Under the pieces are notes generated by a model. The model had not been told where the DNA came from and ran no database searches. It was given only the letters and a program-made list of their open reading frames with translations. This document shows positions 10,878 through 20,477 of a DNA stretch of 64,000 nucleotides, piece by piece. A program made the position numbers and the translations under genes. How positions within the stretch are numbered: the stretch's first letter is position 1; every line of letters begins with the position of its first letter. Origin of the DNA: Thermoanaerobaculia bacterium. GTDB taxonomy: Bacteria > Acidobacteriota > Thermoanaerobaculia > Multivoradales > Multivoraceae. The stretch spans positions 960,001 to 1,024,000 of the forward strand of contig OY761158.1 in assembly GCA_963664405.1 (NCBI GenBank), written 5' to 3'.

Positions 10878-13208
10878 CTAGGGTGTAAAGACCCGGAGCT
10901 CTGAGACCGACCACGCCGTAAGCATCTCGTAGGACAACTGCCGCAGCCGGATGAAGCGCGCCACCTCAGCTCCCAGCGGAAATACCAAGGGCATCGCCTC
11001 CAGATCGTGAAGAGCGGCGGAAACGGTGTGGGCAAAGGTGGTGCCATGCCAAGCTTCTCTCCACTGCTCTCCGTCCGCGGAAAGCTCGATGACGAGTTGA
11101 AGGGGGTAGTGGCTTCGGTGGGGACCGAGCTCGAGCACGACTGCCCCCAGCTTCGCCTCGACCCCCAGGTCGACGGTGAGTTGGTGAGGCTCGCGCTGCG
11201 ATCCGGCCATCCACACCGTCCCGCTGTCGCCGTCGTCGACGAAAGCCACCGCCTCCGGGTTGCTGTCGCTGCTCACCGCGGCGAGCCGGAGCTCGCCGCC
11301 GAACGACTCGGACACCGGGAACGGTGCCGCCGGCTCGAGATTGTAGAGAACCTGATCGCCCTCCTCTCCCAACCGCTGTGCACCTTCATAGCCCCCCACG
11401 TAACGCTCCCATCGCTGTCTGCGGCCATCGCCACCCTTGATCAGCACATGGCGCACGCCGAGCCCGGCAAGCAGGCGTAGCACTTCGGGGTCGCGCCACC
11501 GCAAGCCCTGCTGCAAAGCCCTGTAGTGCGGTGCGCGGTACCCACTCCGCCCGTTGACCACAGGCTGACCATGGCCGCTGGAGCGATACGCGGCCGCGAG
11601 GTCCTGCCTCTGCCCGCCGAGCGGCAGCTCGAGGACCGGCCCTGTGGCGTTTTCATCGAGCAGCCGCGAATGGCGAGGTGCTGGAAAGGTCGGCATTGCG
11701 AACATCCAACCGTCGGCGAGGATCCCAATCGACACCAACGCCAGGAGGGTCCGGCGCCATCGACCAGACGGCGACACGAGGCGAGCGAAAATAACACCTG
11801 CGAGCGCGGATAAGCAGAGAACGGCCAGCATCCAGAAGCGGGCTGGTACTCGCACGCCGTCGAAGCCGGGTAGAAGCATCAGCCACCGGAACGGGGCGGT
11901 GGTCAAGATCGGCTCGTCCATCAGGGTCGGCTTCGGCCCCAGGGCAAGCACCCAGAGCAGAGCCGCCGCCAACAGATAGAAAAGGGGGACGGACTTGCGG
12001 CGCCAGGCGCCGAGGAGGGCCGGACCGCTGAGAGCGAAGAGCGTCCACACCGCAACCGTCAGCGTGACTGCCCGGCTGAGACGACTGACCGAAAGCTCGA
12101 GGCCGAGGAGCCCGACCTCCCAGGGTCCGAGCGCCAGCCGGGCCGCCAGCGCCAGGCACCCCGCAACGCCAAGCACACCGAGCACTCGGTGCACGCGACT
12201 GAGCCACCCCGGCGATCGCTGCTTGTCCGGCCTGGGCAAGCGCACAGCTGCACCGACGATCAAAAGTAGGATGGTCAGCCCTGGAAAGAGCTTCATCCCC
12301 GTCGCCTTGCGGAATCGATGCTCGAAACCCCAAGCCGTCAAGTTCTTCGAGGCGCTCAAGAGATCCGTCAGGTCGGCGCTGAAGTGCTCCGCCTGGACCA
12401 CCGAGCGTGAGAACCCGAGGCTCTCGTGCACCTCACTGTAGTGCAGAAGCACCGGCAGGACCGGTAGATGGGCGAGCGCTGCGACCGCGACGACAGCCCC
12501 CACCCGACTACCAACGCGACGCCACCCCACCCTCGGATCGACGATGAACCAGAGAGCCCAGAGGCCAACCAGTACCGGGACGTAGAGCATGTAGTACAGG
12601 TTGCACAACCCCTGCATCAATAATGAGAGGCCGAAGAGGACGAGCCACCGGCGGCGACCCCGGCGGAGATAGCGGTGCAGTCCCAGCAGCACCAGGGGCA
12701 TCCAAAAGGAAGCCAGGACCTGAATGTGGGTCAGCTGGTCGGCGCGATAGGGGGCGAAGCCGAACGCCAGACCGACAATCCAGCCCGCGTCGCGCCTCCC
12801 GGTGAGCTCGTGACCGAGAAGATAACCGGCAACGACAGAGAGAGGAAAGGTGAGCAGCAACACCAGGTTGTAGGTAGCCACAGGACTGGCGGTGAGCCAG
12901 GAAATAGGGGTCGCCAGGAAGGAGAGACCGACCAGGTTCTCCGAATACGCCATCACGTCGGTAGCCGGATAGAACATGGGGGCGCTCCACCAACGGTCGG
13001 TAAACGGTAGGACCTGACCGTTCCACCACAGAATCCAGCTGGTGAGAACCGAATCGCTGACGCCGGCCACGATGACCGTACGAAGATGCAGGATCAGCGG
13101 GAAGGTCAGGGCCACCGCGATCACGGTGTAAGCGACAAAGGCCCACGGCGCGGAGAATCGCCGCCAGGGAGACCGGCCGGCCGGGCGCGTACCTGCGTCT
13201 GACACCAT
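10878..13208 (-). CDS. Polytopic membrane protein (GT-C/YfhO-like) with C-terminal F5/8 type C (discoidin) domain
   Basis: Many TM segments, FYP..AYSE, RVPARF, VNGRSGY; C-terminal DGD..T.W, VDLG, S.DG..W, ARFIRL. Confidence 0.7.
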   Translation of the reverse strand: MVSDAGTRPAGRSPWRRFSAPWAFVAYTVIAVALTFPLILHLRTVIVAGVSDSVLTSWILWWNGQVLPFTDRWWSAPMFYPATDVMAYSENLVGLSFLATPISWLTASPVATYNLVLLLTFPLSVVAGYLLGHELTGRRDAGWIVGLAFGFAPYRADQLTHIQVLASFWMPLVLLGLHRYLRRGRRRWLVLFGLSLLMQGLCNLYYMLYVPVLVGLWALWFIVDPRVGWRRVGSRVGAVVAVAALAHLPVLPVLLHYSEVHESLGFSRSVVQAEHFSADLTDLLSASKNLTAWGFEHRFRKATGMKLFPGLTILLLIVGAAVRLPRPDKQRSPGWLSRVHRVLGVLGVAGCLALAARLALGPWEVGLLGLELSVSRLSRAVTLTVAVWTLFALSGPALLGAWRRKSVPLFYLLAAALLWVLALGPKPTLMDEPILTTAPFRWLMLLPGFDGVRVPARFWMLAVLCLSALAGVIFARLVSPSGRWRRTLLALVSIGILADGWMFAMPTFPAPRHSRLLDENATGPVLELPLGGQRQDLAAAYRSSGHGQPVVNGRSGYRAPHYRALQQGLRWRDPEVLRLLAGLGVRHVLIKGGDGRRQRWERYVGGYEGAQRLGEEGDQVLYNLEPAAPFPVSESFGGELRLAAVSSDSNPEAVAFVDDGDSGTVWMAGSQREPHQLTVDLGVEAKLGAVVLELGPHRSHYPLQLVIELSADGEQWREAWHGTTFAHTVSAALHDLEAMPLVFPLGAEVARFIRLRQLSYEMLTAWSVSELRVFTP

Positions 13209-13437
13209 GACTCAGCGGACAGTCTACTAGCCGCCTCCGCCGAATGAGAGCCAAGGGCCCACTCATTGGGTCGAGGTGCACAGGGACCGGCACGAGGTTA
13301 CCCCTACTCGGGCGGCCCAGAGCTGAAGACCTCTTGAACACAGCCCGCCGAGGGATTGGCGGGGGCGGTATGATCGCCCCACGTTCTACGGAGGGGGTTC
13401 CGACTCCCGGCAGAGACAGCGTCGAGGAGCCTTGGCG

Positions 13438-13923
13438 ATGAAGGGAACACTGAAGGTCGTTGGCGCAGGCGTGACTCTATTGGTCGTTTTCGCCCTCGGG
13501 TGGTTGCTCTCAGCGACCGGCGCCGGACAGGCCGCGGCACCGGAGAGCTTGAGTGAGCGCGAGAGAGCTTTCACCGAAAGGATGCAGAACGTCGTCCTGA
13601 TCGGCAACTTCACGATCGAAGGACGTGACGTGCCGAGGGGTCGGCCGGAGCGCTACGAGATCTCCAGCGTCACCAAGCTCGACGGCGATCGTTGGCGCTT
13701 CAACGCTCGAGTCACCTACGCCAGCGTCGACGTAACCGTGCCCGTCGTCGTTCCGGTCCTGTGGGCCGGCGGCACCCCCATGGTCGCTATCACCGATGCT
13801 GCGCTACCGGGACTGGGCGAAGGCTTCAGCGCCCGAGTACTCTTCTATGAGACCCGCTATGCCGGAACCTGGGATCACGGCGAGTACGGCGGGCTCATGT
13901 ACGGCACCATCGAGCCGATGTAG
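13438..13923 (+). CDS. Hypothetical exported protein
   Basis: Upstream GAGGAG, signal peptide, co-oriented with the MOSC gene. Confidence 0.7.
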   Translation: MKGTLKVVGAGVTLLVVFALGWLLSATGAGQAAAPESLSERERAFTERMQNVVLIGNFTIEGRDVPRGRPERYEISSVTKLDGDRWRFNARVTYASVDVTVPVVVPVLWAGGTPMVAITDAALPGLGEGFSARVLFYETRYAGTWDHGEYGGLMYGTIEPM

Positions 13924-13952
13924 GCCGATCGACGTCAGTCAGAGGAGAGAGC

Positions 13953-14417
13953 ATGAACGGCAAAGTCGAATCGATTCACATCGGTATTGATGCAGGCTCG
14001 ACCATGACTGAAGTCGCCGAGGCGAAGCTCGAGGCCGGCAGGGGCATCGCCGGTGATCGCTACCACTCCCGGATCGGCACCTTCTCCCCTGATCCGCCCG
14101 ATCCCGACCACGAGCTGACTCTGATCGCCGCCGAGGAGATCGACGCCTTCAACGAAGCCGGCGGCCGCTCCCTGAGCGCAGGAGAGCTGCGCCGCAACAT
14201 AGTGACGCGCGGCGTCGATCTCAACGCCCTCGTCGGCAAAGAGTTCACCATCGGCCCCGTAAGAATCCAAGGAATCCGCCTCTGCGAGCCCTGCTCCTAC
14301 CTAGCAGACCTCATCGGCCCCGACATCCTCCCCACCTTGGTCAGCAGAGCCGGCCTGAGAGCAGGCATCATCGAAGGTGGAACGATCCAAGTCGGCGACC
14401 GCCTCGAGGCATCGTAG
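13953..14417 (+). CDS. MOSC domain protein
   Basis: GIAGDRY, RRNIVTRG, LCEPC, GG.I.VGD. Confidence 0.9.
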   Translation: MNGKVESIHIGIDAGSTMTEVAEAKLEAGRGIAGDRYHSRIGTFSPDPPDPDHELTLIAAEEIDAFNEAGGRSLSAGELRRNIVTRGVDLNALVGKEFTIGPVRIQGIRLCEPCSYLADLIGPDILPTLVSRAGLRAGIIEGGTIQVGDRLEAS

Positions 14418-14526
14418 CGCCACAGCTGTGTTGCTCGATCGGCATTTCAAGAAGATCGAGACGGCGAGCAACACGCGGCCTCAACCCGCACGGCCCCGCC
14501 CCGCCGCCGCGCTCAACGCCCCAGCT

Positions 14527-15030
14527 TCAGAAATACGGGTAGTACATCCGCCAGAAGTTGGGGTCATCGTTTTCGGCCCATTTGGGGCCGAAGGCTCGCT
14601 CGAAGAAGTCGCCGAGGCGGTCGAAGAGGAGCTGCCAGGTCGAGCCGCCTCGTCTGGCGGTCGCCAGGAGGTCGACAAGAAAGGCGTCGAGGTTGGCTAG
14701 CTCTTCTTTCGGCAGATAGGCAAGCGCACCCTTGTTCACCGAGTCTTTGAGCGTCTCGACGCTCACGGCGTGAGCGGTCAACATCACCGTCGGGATGTCG
14801 CACTTCACCGTCTCTGACAGCAGTTCCTGCCCGTTCACGCCCATGATGTCGAGGATCGCCAGGTCGTAGCTATTGACCTCGAGCTTAGCCAGGGCAGCTT
14901 CGAAACTCTCGGCGGTATCGACTTTCGCGTCCTCGAGAACATCGACGATGGACTCGAGAACGTCCGGCTCGTCGTCGACGGCAAGGATGTGGAGGCCCTC
15001 CAGTGTCTCTAACCCTTCACTCTCGCTCAT
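14527..15030 (-). CDS. Single-domain response regulator
   Basis: ILAVDDE, LDIMGVNG, MLTAH, YLPK. Confidence 0.9.
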   Translation of the reverse strand: MSESEGLETLEGLHILAVDDEPDVLESIVDVLEDAKVDTAESFEAALAKLEVNSYDLAILDIMGVNGQELLSETVKCDIPTVMLTAHAVSVETLKDSVNKGALAYLPKEELANLDAFLVDLLATARRGGSTWQLLFDRLGDFFERAFGPKWAENDDPNFWRMYYPYF

Positions 15031-15063
15031 CGCTCTTTCTCCTTTCCTGTTCTGGGCTTCCGA

Positions 15064-15903
15064 TCAACTGCCCGAAGGCGCCTCCTTGTCGTCCGCCATT
15101 CTGCCACCTTCAAAGGCGACAGGAATCTCGAGACGAAAAAGGGCACCTCCCTTCGATGCATCTTCAACGGAAACCTCTCCACCGAGACTGCGAGCGAGAG
15201 CCCGGGCGCCGGCCAGGCCGAGACCATGACCCGACTCCGAGCCGCTCTCCCCCGTCCCGACACGAGCATACCGCCGAAAGACTGTCTCTCGCTCTTGCGG
15301 CTCGATACCGGGCCCATCATCTTCCACTTCCACGGTCACGATCCCGTCGACCAGCTCAGCGTGAATCCGGAGCGCCTTGCGACGAAACTGCACGCCATTG
15401 CGGAGCAGGTTGCCGAGAATCTGCTCCAGCTTCGTCGCATCTTGTTCCATTTCGAGACTGTCGATACCGGGTCCCAGGTCCAGCAAGACGCCTTCCTTCT
15501 CGAGCGCAAGCAACGCCAGCGCATCGTCCTCCGGAAGTCGGCTGGATCGCTCCGCCTCCACTACTTCGAAGGACTCTAGAACAGCCGGGAGCAGAACATC
15601 GCGAAACCGAAAGTGAAGGATGCTGAACTCTTCGGCATCGGCACGCGCCAGCTCCAAGAGATCGTGAAGCATTCGACGGGTCTTGAGCACACCGCGCAGA
15701 GCCCGCTTCAGGCTGCGCTCCTGCCGGTCCGACAGGACTCCGTACCTCTCCCGCTTCTCCAACAAGGGTCGCACCGCCGCTTCGACGACCGAGATCGGAC
15801 TCTTGAGATCGTGGACGAGAAGCTCGATCGAGATCTCCCGAAACGGCGAGCCAGGTGCGGCCTCTCTAGGCTCTTCGGGCGGGTCCCGGCGAGCGCTGGT
15901 CAT
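15064..15903 (-). CDS. Cytoplasmic histidine kinase without sensor domain
   Basis: HDLKSP H-box, NLLRNG, DDGPGI, GLGL. Confidence 0.88.
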   Translation of the reverse strand: MTSARRDPPEEPREAAPGSPFREISIELLVHDLKSPISVVEAAVRPLLEKRERYGVLSDRQERSLKRALRGVLKTRRMLHDLLELARADAEEFSILHFRFRDVLLPAVLESFEVVEAERSSRLPEDDALALLALEKEGVLLDLGPGIDSLEMEQDATKLEQILGNLLRNGVQFRRKALRIHAELVDGIVTVEVEDDGPGIEPQERETVFRRYARVGTGESGSESGHGLGLAGARALARSLGGEVSVEDASKGGALFRLEIPVAFEGGRMADDKEAPSGS

Positions 15904-17333
15904 GGAGAGCGCTCCGTAGCCAACTCCGAGCGACGGTGGGCGAAAACGCTAGCCGGGAGCTCGAGAGTAAAGAGGCTCCCCTGCCCCACTTCGCTGCTGA
16001 CACCAAGGCGAAGCCCGCTCCGTTCGGTGAAGAGTTTCGTACGCAACAAATCGAGGCCGACACCGCCGGCCTTGTAGTCGTAGGGATGCCCCGAACTGTA
16101 ATCCTCGGTGCGACCGGCATGAACAAAGCCCGAAAACAGCTGATCGACGAGCTCGGCGTCCATGCCCACGCCAAAGTCTCGCACACGTAGCTCGATCTCT
16201 CCGCCGCTGTCTTCGAGCTCGACCCGAACCTCGCCGCCGTCAGCGGTGGCCTCGATCGCATTCCGAATGAGCCCGATCACGGCTTTCCTCAGGGGCGCTT
16301 CAGGCAAGCGCACCGAGGGGCAAACCTCGAGACAGAGCTTCACCTCCACCGCACGATGGCGATGAAGAGGAGCGATCTGCGCCACCACCTCGGCGACCCA
16401 GTTCTGCAGCAGAATCTCGACTTCCTCGTCATCGCGCCCTTCGGGGTAGAGCGCTTCGAGGCGACCGACGAGCTGAGCCATGGCGGCCGAGGTCGGACTC
16501 TCTTCCGCCACCCAGCAGGCGAGAAGATCGTGACAGCGGCTGTGCCAGGCATCGTCTCTCCGCTCCTCGCCGCGATCCTCCGCGTTGGCAATATCGGCGG
16601 CTTCGGTCTGCAGCTCGGTGAGGCGACCGAGGCTTCTCCGCGCCCGTTCCAGGATTGCCTCGAAACGGGCATCGTCCTGCCGCACCGAAGGCCTGCCGAG
16701 CAATCTCGAAGCCGAGGCAATGATGGCGAGCGGTGTCTTCAGCTCATGCGACAGGTGATCGATCATCTTCCGCTGCGCCTTAGCTACCGTTTCGAGGCGC
16801 GCATGGGCCTCCCGTAGCTCCTTCCATACCCTGGCATTGTGCAGGCTCACCGCCAGGATCGATTGAATGATCAGGAGGCTCTGCAAGGTCGCGGTATCGA
16901 TCGGCGACGGGTTTATCCTCTTCACCGTGACCACACCGAGCACCTGGTTTGAAGCCTGCATGAGCGGCACACATAGGCACTCTTTCCCATCGCTGGGCGC
17001 CTCTGCCCGGGGGAAGGGTACGGCTACATCCGAGTCCAGCGCATAGGACTCCGGCGCCTTCGATCGCAAGACGGCGCCAAAGACGCTACCCTCGACGGGT
17101 ACAGCGTCCGCCTCGCAATCGCTCACAGTCGAAGATGATCGCTCGAGATGCAGGAAGTCGCCGCTGGCGTCGAGAAGGAATATCGCCACTCCCTCACCGC
17201 CAGAGAAGTCCGAGAGGGCCTCGACACCACGATCCAGAATGGTCTCTCGGTCATCGTCGGCGAGCAGCAGACGAACCGCGAAGCTGAGGAGAGCGAGGCG
17301 CTCGGAGCCATCAAGGTTGGAGATCTGCGACAT
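15900..17333 (-). CDS. GAF-domain sensor histidine kinase
   Basis: N-terminal GAF (CVPL..GV, HNAR), SHELKTPL, RNAIEA, DFGVGM. Confidence 0.88.
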   Translation of the reverse strand: MSQISNLDGSERLALLSFAVRLLLADDDRETILDRGVEALSDFSGGEGVAIFLLDASGDFLHLERSSSTVSDCEADAVPVEGSVFGAVLRSKAPESYALDSDVAVPFPRAEAPSDGKECLCVPLMQASNQVLGVVTVKRINPSPIDTATLQSLLIIQSILAVSLHNARVWKELREAHARLETVAKAQRKMIDHLSHELKTPLAIIASASRLLGRPSVRQDDARFEAILERARRSLGRLTELQTEAADIANAEDRGEERRDDAWHSRCHDLLACWVAEESPTSAAMAQLVGRLEALYPEGRDDEEVEILLQNWVAEVVAQIAPLHRHRAVEVKLCLEVCPSVRLPEAPLRKAVIGLIRNAIEATADGGEVRVELEDSGGEIELRVRDFGVGMDAELVDQLFSGFVHAGRTEDYSSGHPYDYKAGGVGLDLLRTKLFTERSGLRLGVSSEVGQGSLFTLELPASVFAHRRSELATERSP

Positions 17334-17463
17334 CTCGGCGTCGAGCCTTGCCGTCGGCTGTTAGTCTCGCCCGAGGGCGAACTATAGCAGCGCAGGTCCT
17401 CCCGCACTTCTCGCGGGTCCTCCGCACAGACTCGCGGACCGGCGCTAGGGGAAGGGATTGGAC

Positions 17464-18177
17464 ATGGCACGCATTCCACTAGACCAGCGTTTCCAAAGTT
17501 CGTGGTGCATAGCTCGAGGTCATTCTGTTCGCTGGCAAGGCGCGCCGACGCAGGCATATTGGGGAATATGTCGAGGAGGCGCAACGCCGTCAGCGGACAG
17601 AAGGAGCCGAGATATGTGCGCGAACTTTGGAAACGCTGGTCTAGTAGACCCGAAGACGAGCGAGGGCTACGCCTCGAAGGTGTTCGAAGCGCAAGAGAGA
17701 ACCTGGGGAGCACCGCTTCTCAACCATCGGATCTATGCCCGGCGACCGGCGCTACTAAGAGCGGTAAGGGGCATGTGGACAGGATTGAACGACGGCGGAC
17801 TCCTCGATGACACGCTGTTGGCCCTGGTCAACCGCCGCGTCGCGGGCTTGAATGGCTGCGTCTTCTGAGCGGATCTCAACGCTGCAGTTGGCAGCGCTCT
17901 GGGAATCGCAGACAAGAAGCTGCTCGCCGTCGAGATCTACGCCACGAGCCCGCTGTTCAGCGATCGAGAGCGTGCCGCTCTCGAATACGCCGATGCCATC
18001 ACGCTGTCGGACCGCGACTTGAGCGAGGCTCTATTCGCTCGCTTACGGCGCTTCTTCGACGAAGACGACGTTGTCGAATTGACCGCAGCCATCGCCTGGG
18101 AAAACTCTTCGAGCAAGTTCAACCGCGCGCTCAGAATCGAGTCCCAGGGCCTCTGGAAACCCGATCGAGTGGGCTGA
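17464..18177 (+). CDS. AhpD/carboxymuconolactone decarboxylase-like probable selenoprotein (CVFU) with an in-frame 54-codon repeat insertion
   Basis: RVAGLNGCVF-TGA(17866)-ADLNAAVG...FSDRERAALEYADAIT...VVELTAAIAWEN..SKFNRAL continues in frame; hairpin follows the TGA. Confidence 0.85.
17479..17644 (+). repeat. Palindromic MITE-like element, copy 2 (166 bp), inside the AhpD-like gene
   Basis: Perfect terminal inverted repeat CTAGACCAGCGTTTCCAAAGTTCG. Confidence 0.92.
17869..17896 (+). promoter_or_regulatory. Putative bacterial SECIS element
   Basis: 11 nt after the TGA: stem CGCTGC, loop AGTTG, stem GCAGCG. Confidence 0.6.
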
Positions 18178-18246
18178 GGCCGTGCAGCGAGACGGGGCCT
18201 CGTGGCGGCGCGCAGCCAGTGGCCGGCGGTGGCATATGATGGGACG

Positions 18247-19563
18247 ATGCGAAGACTGAATCAGGTGAAGCTGCTCTCGCTGGTCTTGATGCTGGCGCTC
18301 AGCCTCACTACCACCGCCTGCGACGTTCAGTCGCGGGCCGACATCCCCGCGCCCCAGCCGCGCAATCTGAGCCCGGCGTCCCCAGAGGATGTTGGTATGT
18401 CGACCGAGCGCCTCGGCCGTCTCTCGGTAGCGATGCAGAACATCGTAGACGAGGGCGAGCTCGCCGGCATCACGAGCATGGTGGCTCGTCGCGGCAAGGT
18501 CGTCTACGCCGAGACCTTCGGCCATCAGGAGATCGCCTCCGACACGAAGATGGATATCGACACCATCTTCCGCATCTATTCGATGTCCAAGCCGATCACC
18601 GGAGTGGCCATGATGCTTCTCTACGAAGAGGGCAAGTTCCGACTCTCCGACCCGGTTGAGAAGTACATCCCCGAGCTCGAGGGCCTCGAGGTCGCAGCCG
18701 GCGAGGGGAAGGACGGGCCCATCGTGGAAGAGGCCGACCACCCAATGACCATCCGCGAGCTGATGAGCCACACCGCTGGGCTCTCCTACGGCATCTTCTC
18801 CCAGTCCCAGGTCGACGATATGTACCAGGAGGTCAATGTCCTAGATTCGAAATCGACGCTGAGAGATATGATCGAGAAACTGTCGAAGATCCCGCTTCGC
18901 CAACAGCCCGGCTCGCTCTGGCACTACAGCGTGGCGGTAGATGTACAGGGCTATCTCGTCGAGGTCCTGTCCGGCAAGTCCTTCGACCAGTTTCTCGAAC
19001 AAAGGATCTTCGAGCCCCTCGGAATGAGCGACACCGCATTCCACGTGCCCCCTGAGAAGACCGATCGCTTTGCCCAGGTTTACTCTTATGACGAGGACAG
19101 GGATCTAGTCGCCCGGGAGGGCGGCGGCGGGTCGCGGAGCTACTTCGAGCCTGCGACGTTCTTCTCAGGCGGTGGCGGGTTGGTCTCGACCACCATGGAC
19201 TACATGCGCTTCTGTCAGATGCTCTTGAACGGTGGAGAGCTCGACGGCGTAAGACTGCTCTCCCCGCTCACTGTCGATCTCATGCACCGCAACCAGCTCC
19301 CTCGAGAGATGGGTGAGATGTCCCCGGGAGGCGGTACCGGCTTCGGTCTCGACTTCGCCGTGGTCCTGGACCCAGTCGCCGCCGACGGAGTGTCGAGAGG
19401 CGAGTACTACTGGGGTGGCGCCGCCGGCACATGGTTCTGGATCGATCCGGCCGAAGACTTGGTCTTCGTCGGCATGATCCAGCAATTCGGGCAAGGCCGA
19501 CCCGATCTTCGGTCGCTGTCTCGAAGGCTCACCTACCAAGCCATCGTCGACTCCGATAGCTGA
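18247..19563 (+). CDS. Serine hydrolase, beta-lactamase class C-like (lipoprotein)
   Basis: FRIYSMSK (SxxK), HTAGL, WHYS, WGGAAGT. Confidence 0.9.
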   Translation: MRRLNQVKLLSLVLMLALSLTTTACDVQSRADIPAPQPRNLSPASPEDVGMSTERLGRLSVAMQNIVDEGELAGITSMVARRGKVVYAETFGHQEIASDTKMDIDTIFRIYSMSKPITGVAMMLLYEEGKFRLSDPVEKYIPELEGLEVAAGEGKDGPIVEEADHPMTIRELMSHTAGLSYGIFSQSQVDDMYQEVNVLDSKSTLRDMIEKLSKIPLRQQPGSLWHYSVAVDVQGYLVEVLSGKSFDQFLEQRIFEPLGMSDTAFHVPPEKTDRFAQVYSYDEDRDLVAREGGGGSRSYFEPATFFSGGGGLVSTTMDYMRFCQMLLNGGELDGVRLLSPLTVDLMHRNQLPREMGEMSPGGGTGFGLDFAVVLDPVAADGVSRGEYYWGGAAGTWFWIDPAEDLVFVGMIQQFGQGRPDLRSLSRRLTYQAIVDSDS

Positions 19564-19595
19564 AGCTCCCGCCTCGATCAGCGCCAAAACGAAGA

Positions 19596-20186
19596 ATGCA
19601 TAAACCTCTTCACGACTTGCAGCGGAATCAGCAGCGGGCCCGTGACGCAAACGATTCGAACGCCGAGCTCTGCTGCCTGGCAACGGTGTCGAAGGCGGGA
19701 CGGCCGGGTCTACGGGTGCTGGTCCTTCGCGAGGTGACCAACAACGCACTGGCGGTCTTCTTCTCCCGTTCGAGCGCGAAGTGGGAGCAGCTGCAGGCGA
19801 CCAAGACCTACGAGATCTTGATCTATTGGACCGCGATCAAACGCCAATACCGCATTCGCGGATCCTTCACGGAGATCCCCCAGCCCGAGATCCAGAAGAA
19901 CTGGAAGAAGCGCGCCTACGGATCCAAGCTGCTCGACCATTACTACCAGCGTTTCGACCCGCAGTCGAGCCCGATCACCTCCCGCGATCAACTGTTGGAA
20001 GGCATCGCGACCTTGGCGCGCGAGTACCCCGAGTCGAACCAGGTGCCCTTCCCCCAGGGCGTCATGGGCGTTCGTTTCGCGGCCGAGCAGGTCGAGGTCT
20101 GGCGCGAGTCGCCGGATCGAATTCACGATCGATCGCTCTATAGCCTCCGGGGCCCCAAATGGCATCATCAGGTGCTCGTTCCATGA
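19596..20186 (+). CDS. Pyridoxamine 5'-phosphate oxidase family protein (PdxH-like)
   Basis: LATV..GRP..RVLVL, RQYRIRG, EVW...DRIHDR..Y, C-terminal LVP. Confidence 0.8.
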   Translation: MHKPLHDLQRNQQRARDANDSNAELCCLATVSKAGRPGLRVLVLREVTNNALAVFFSRSSAKWEQLQATKTYEILIYWTAIKRQYRIRGSFTEIPQPEIQKNWKKRAYGSKLLDHYYQRFDPQSSPITSRDQLLEGIATLAREYPESNQVPFPQGVMGVRFAAEQVEVWRESPDRIHDRSLYSLRGPKWHHQVLVP

Positions 20187-20203
20187 TCGAGCCCCCGGCC
20201 CAT

Positions 20204-20369
20204 TAAGACCAGCGTTTCCAAAGTTCGTGCTGCATAGCTCGAGGTCATTCTGTTCGCTGGCTAGGCGCGCTGACGCAGGCATATTGGGAAATATGTCGAG
20301 GAGGCGAAACGACGCCAGCGGGCAGAAGGGCCCCAGATATGTGCGCGAACTTTGGAAACGCTGGTCTAG
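20204..20369 (+). repeat. Palindromic MITE-like element, copy 3 (166 bp)
   Basis: Same termini (left end TAAG instead of CTAG); intergenic between the pdxH-like gene and recQ. Confidence 0.9.
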
Positions 20370-20477
20370 TCCGTCGAAAGCTCCTGCAAGGTTGATGGGG
20401 AACTTTGCGTCCCCTATTGGCAGGGGCCCCAAGCCCACGGCAAAAAGACCGACTCGCGCGGGGTACTATCGAGCGAC

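Noticed and set aside
17123-17810. Short ORFs spanning the palindromic elements (also 19710-20481, 31634-32249, 8306-8564)
   Set aside because: They reflect the element being stop-free in several frames; only the frame restoring MARIPLVDP has gene context
18247-19563. Antibiotic-resistance beta-lactamase
   Set aside because: The motifs fit the broad esterase/serine hydrolase family; no specific evidence for resistance
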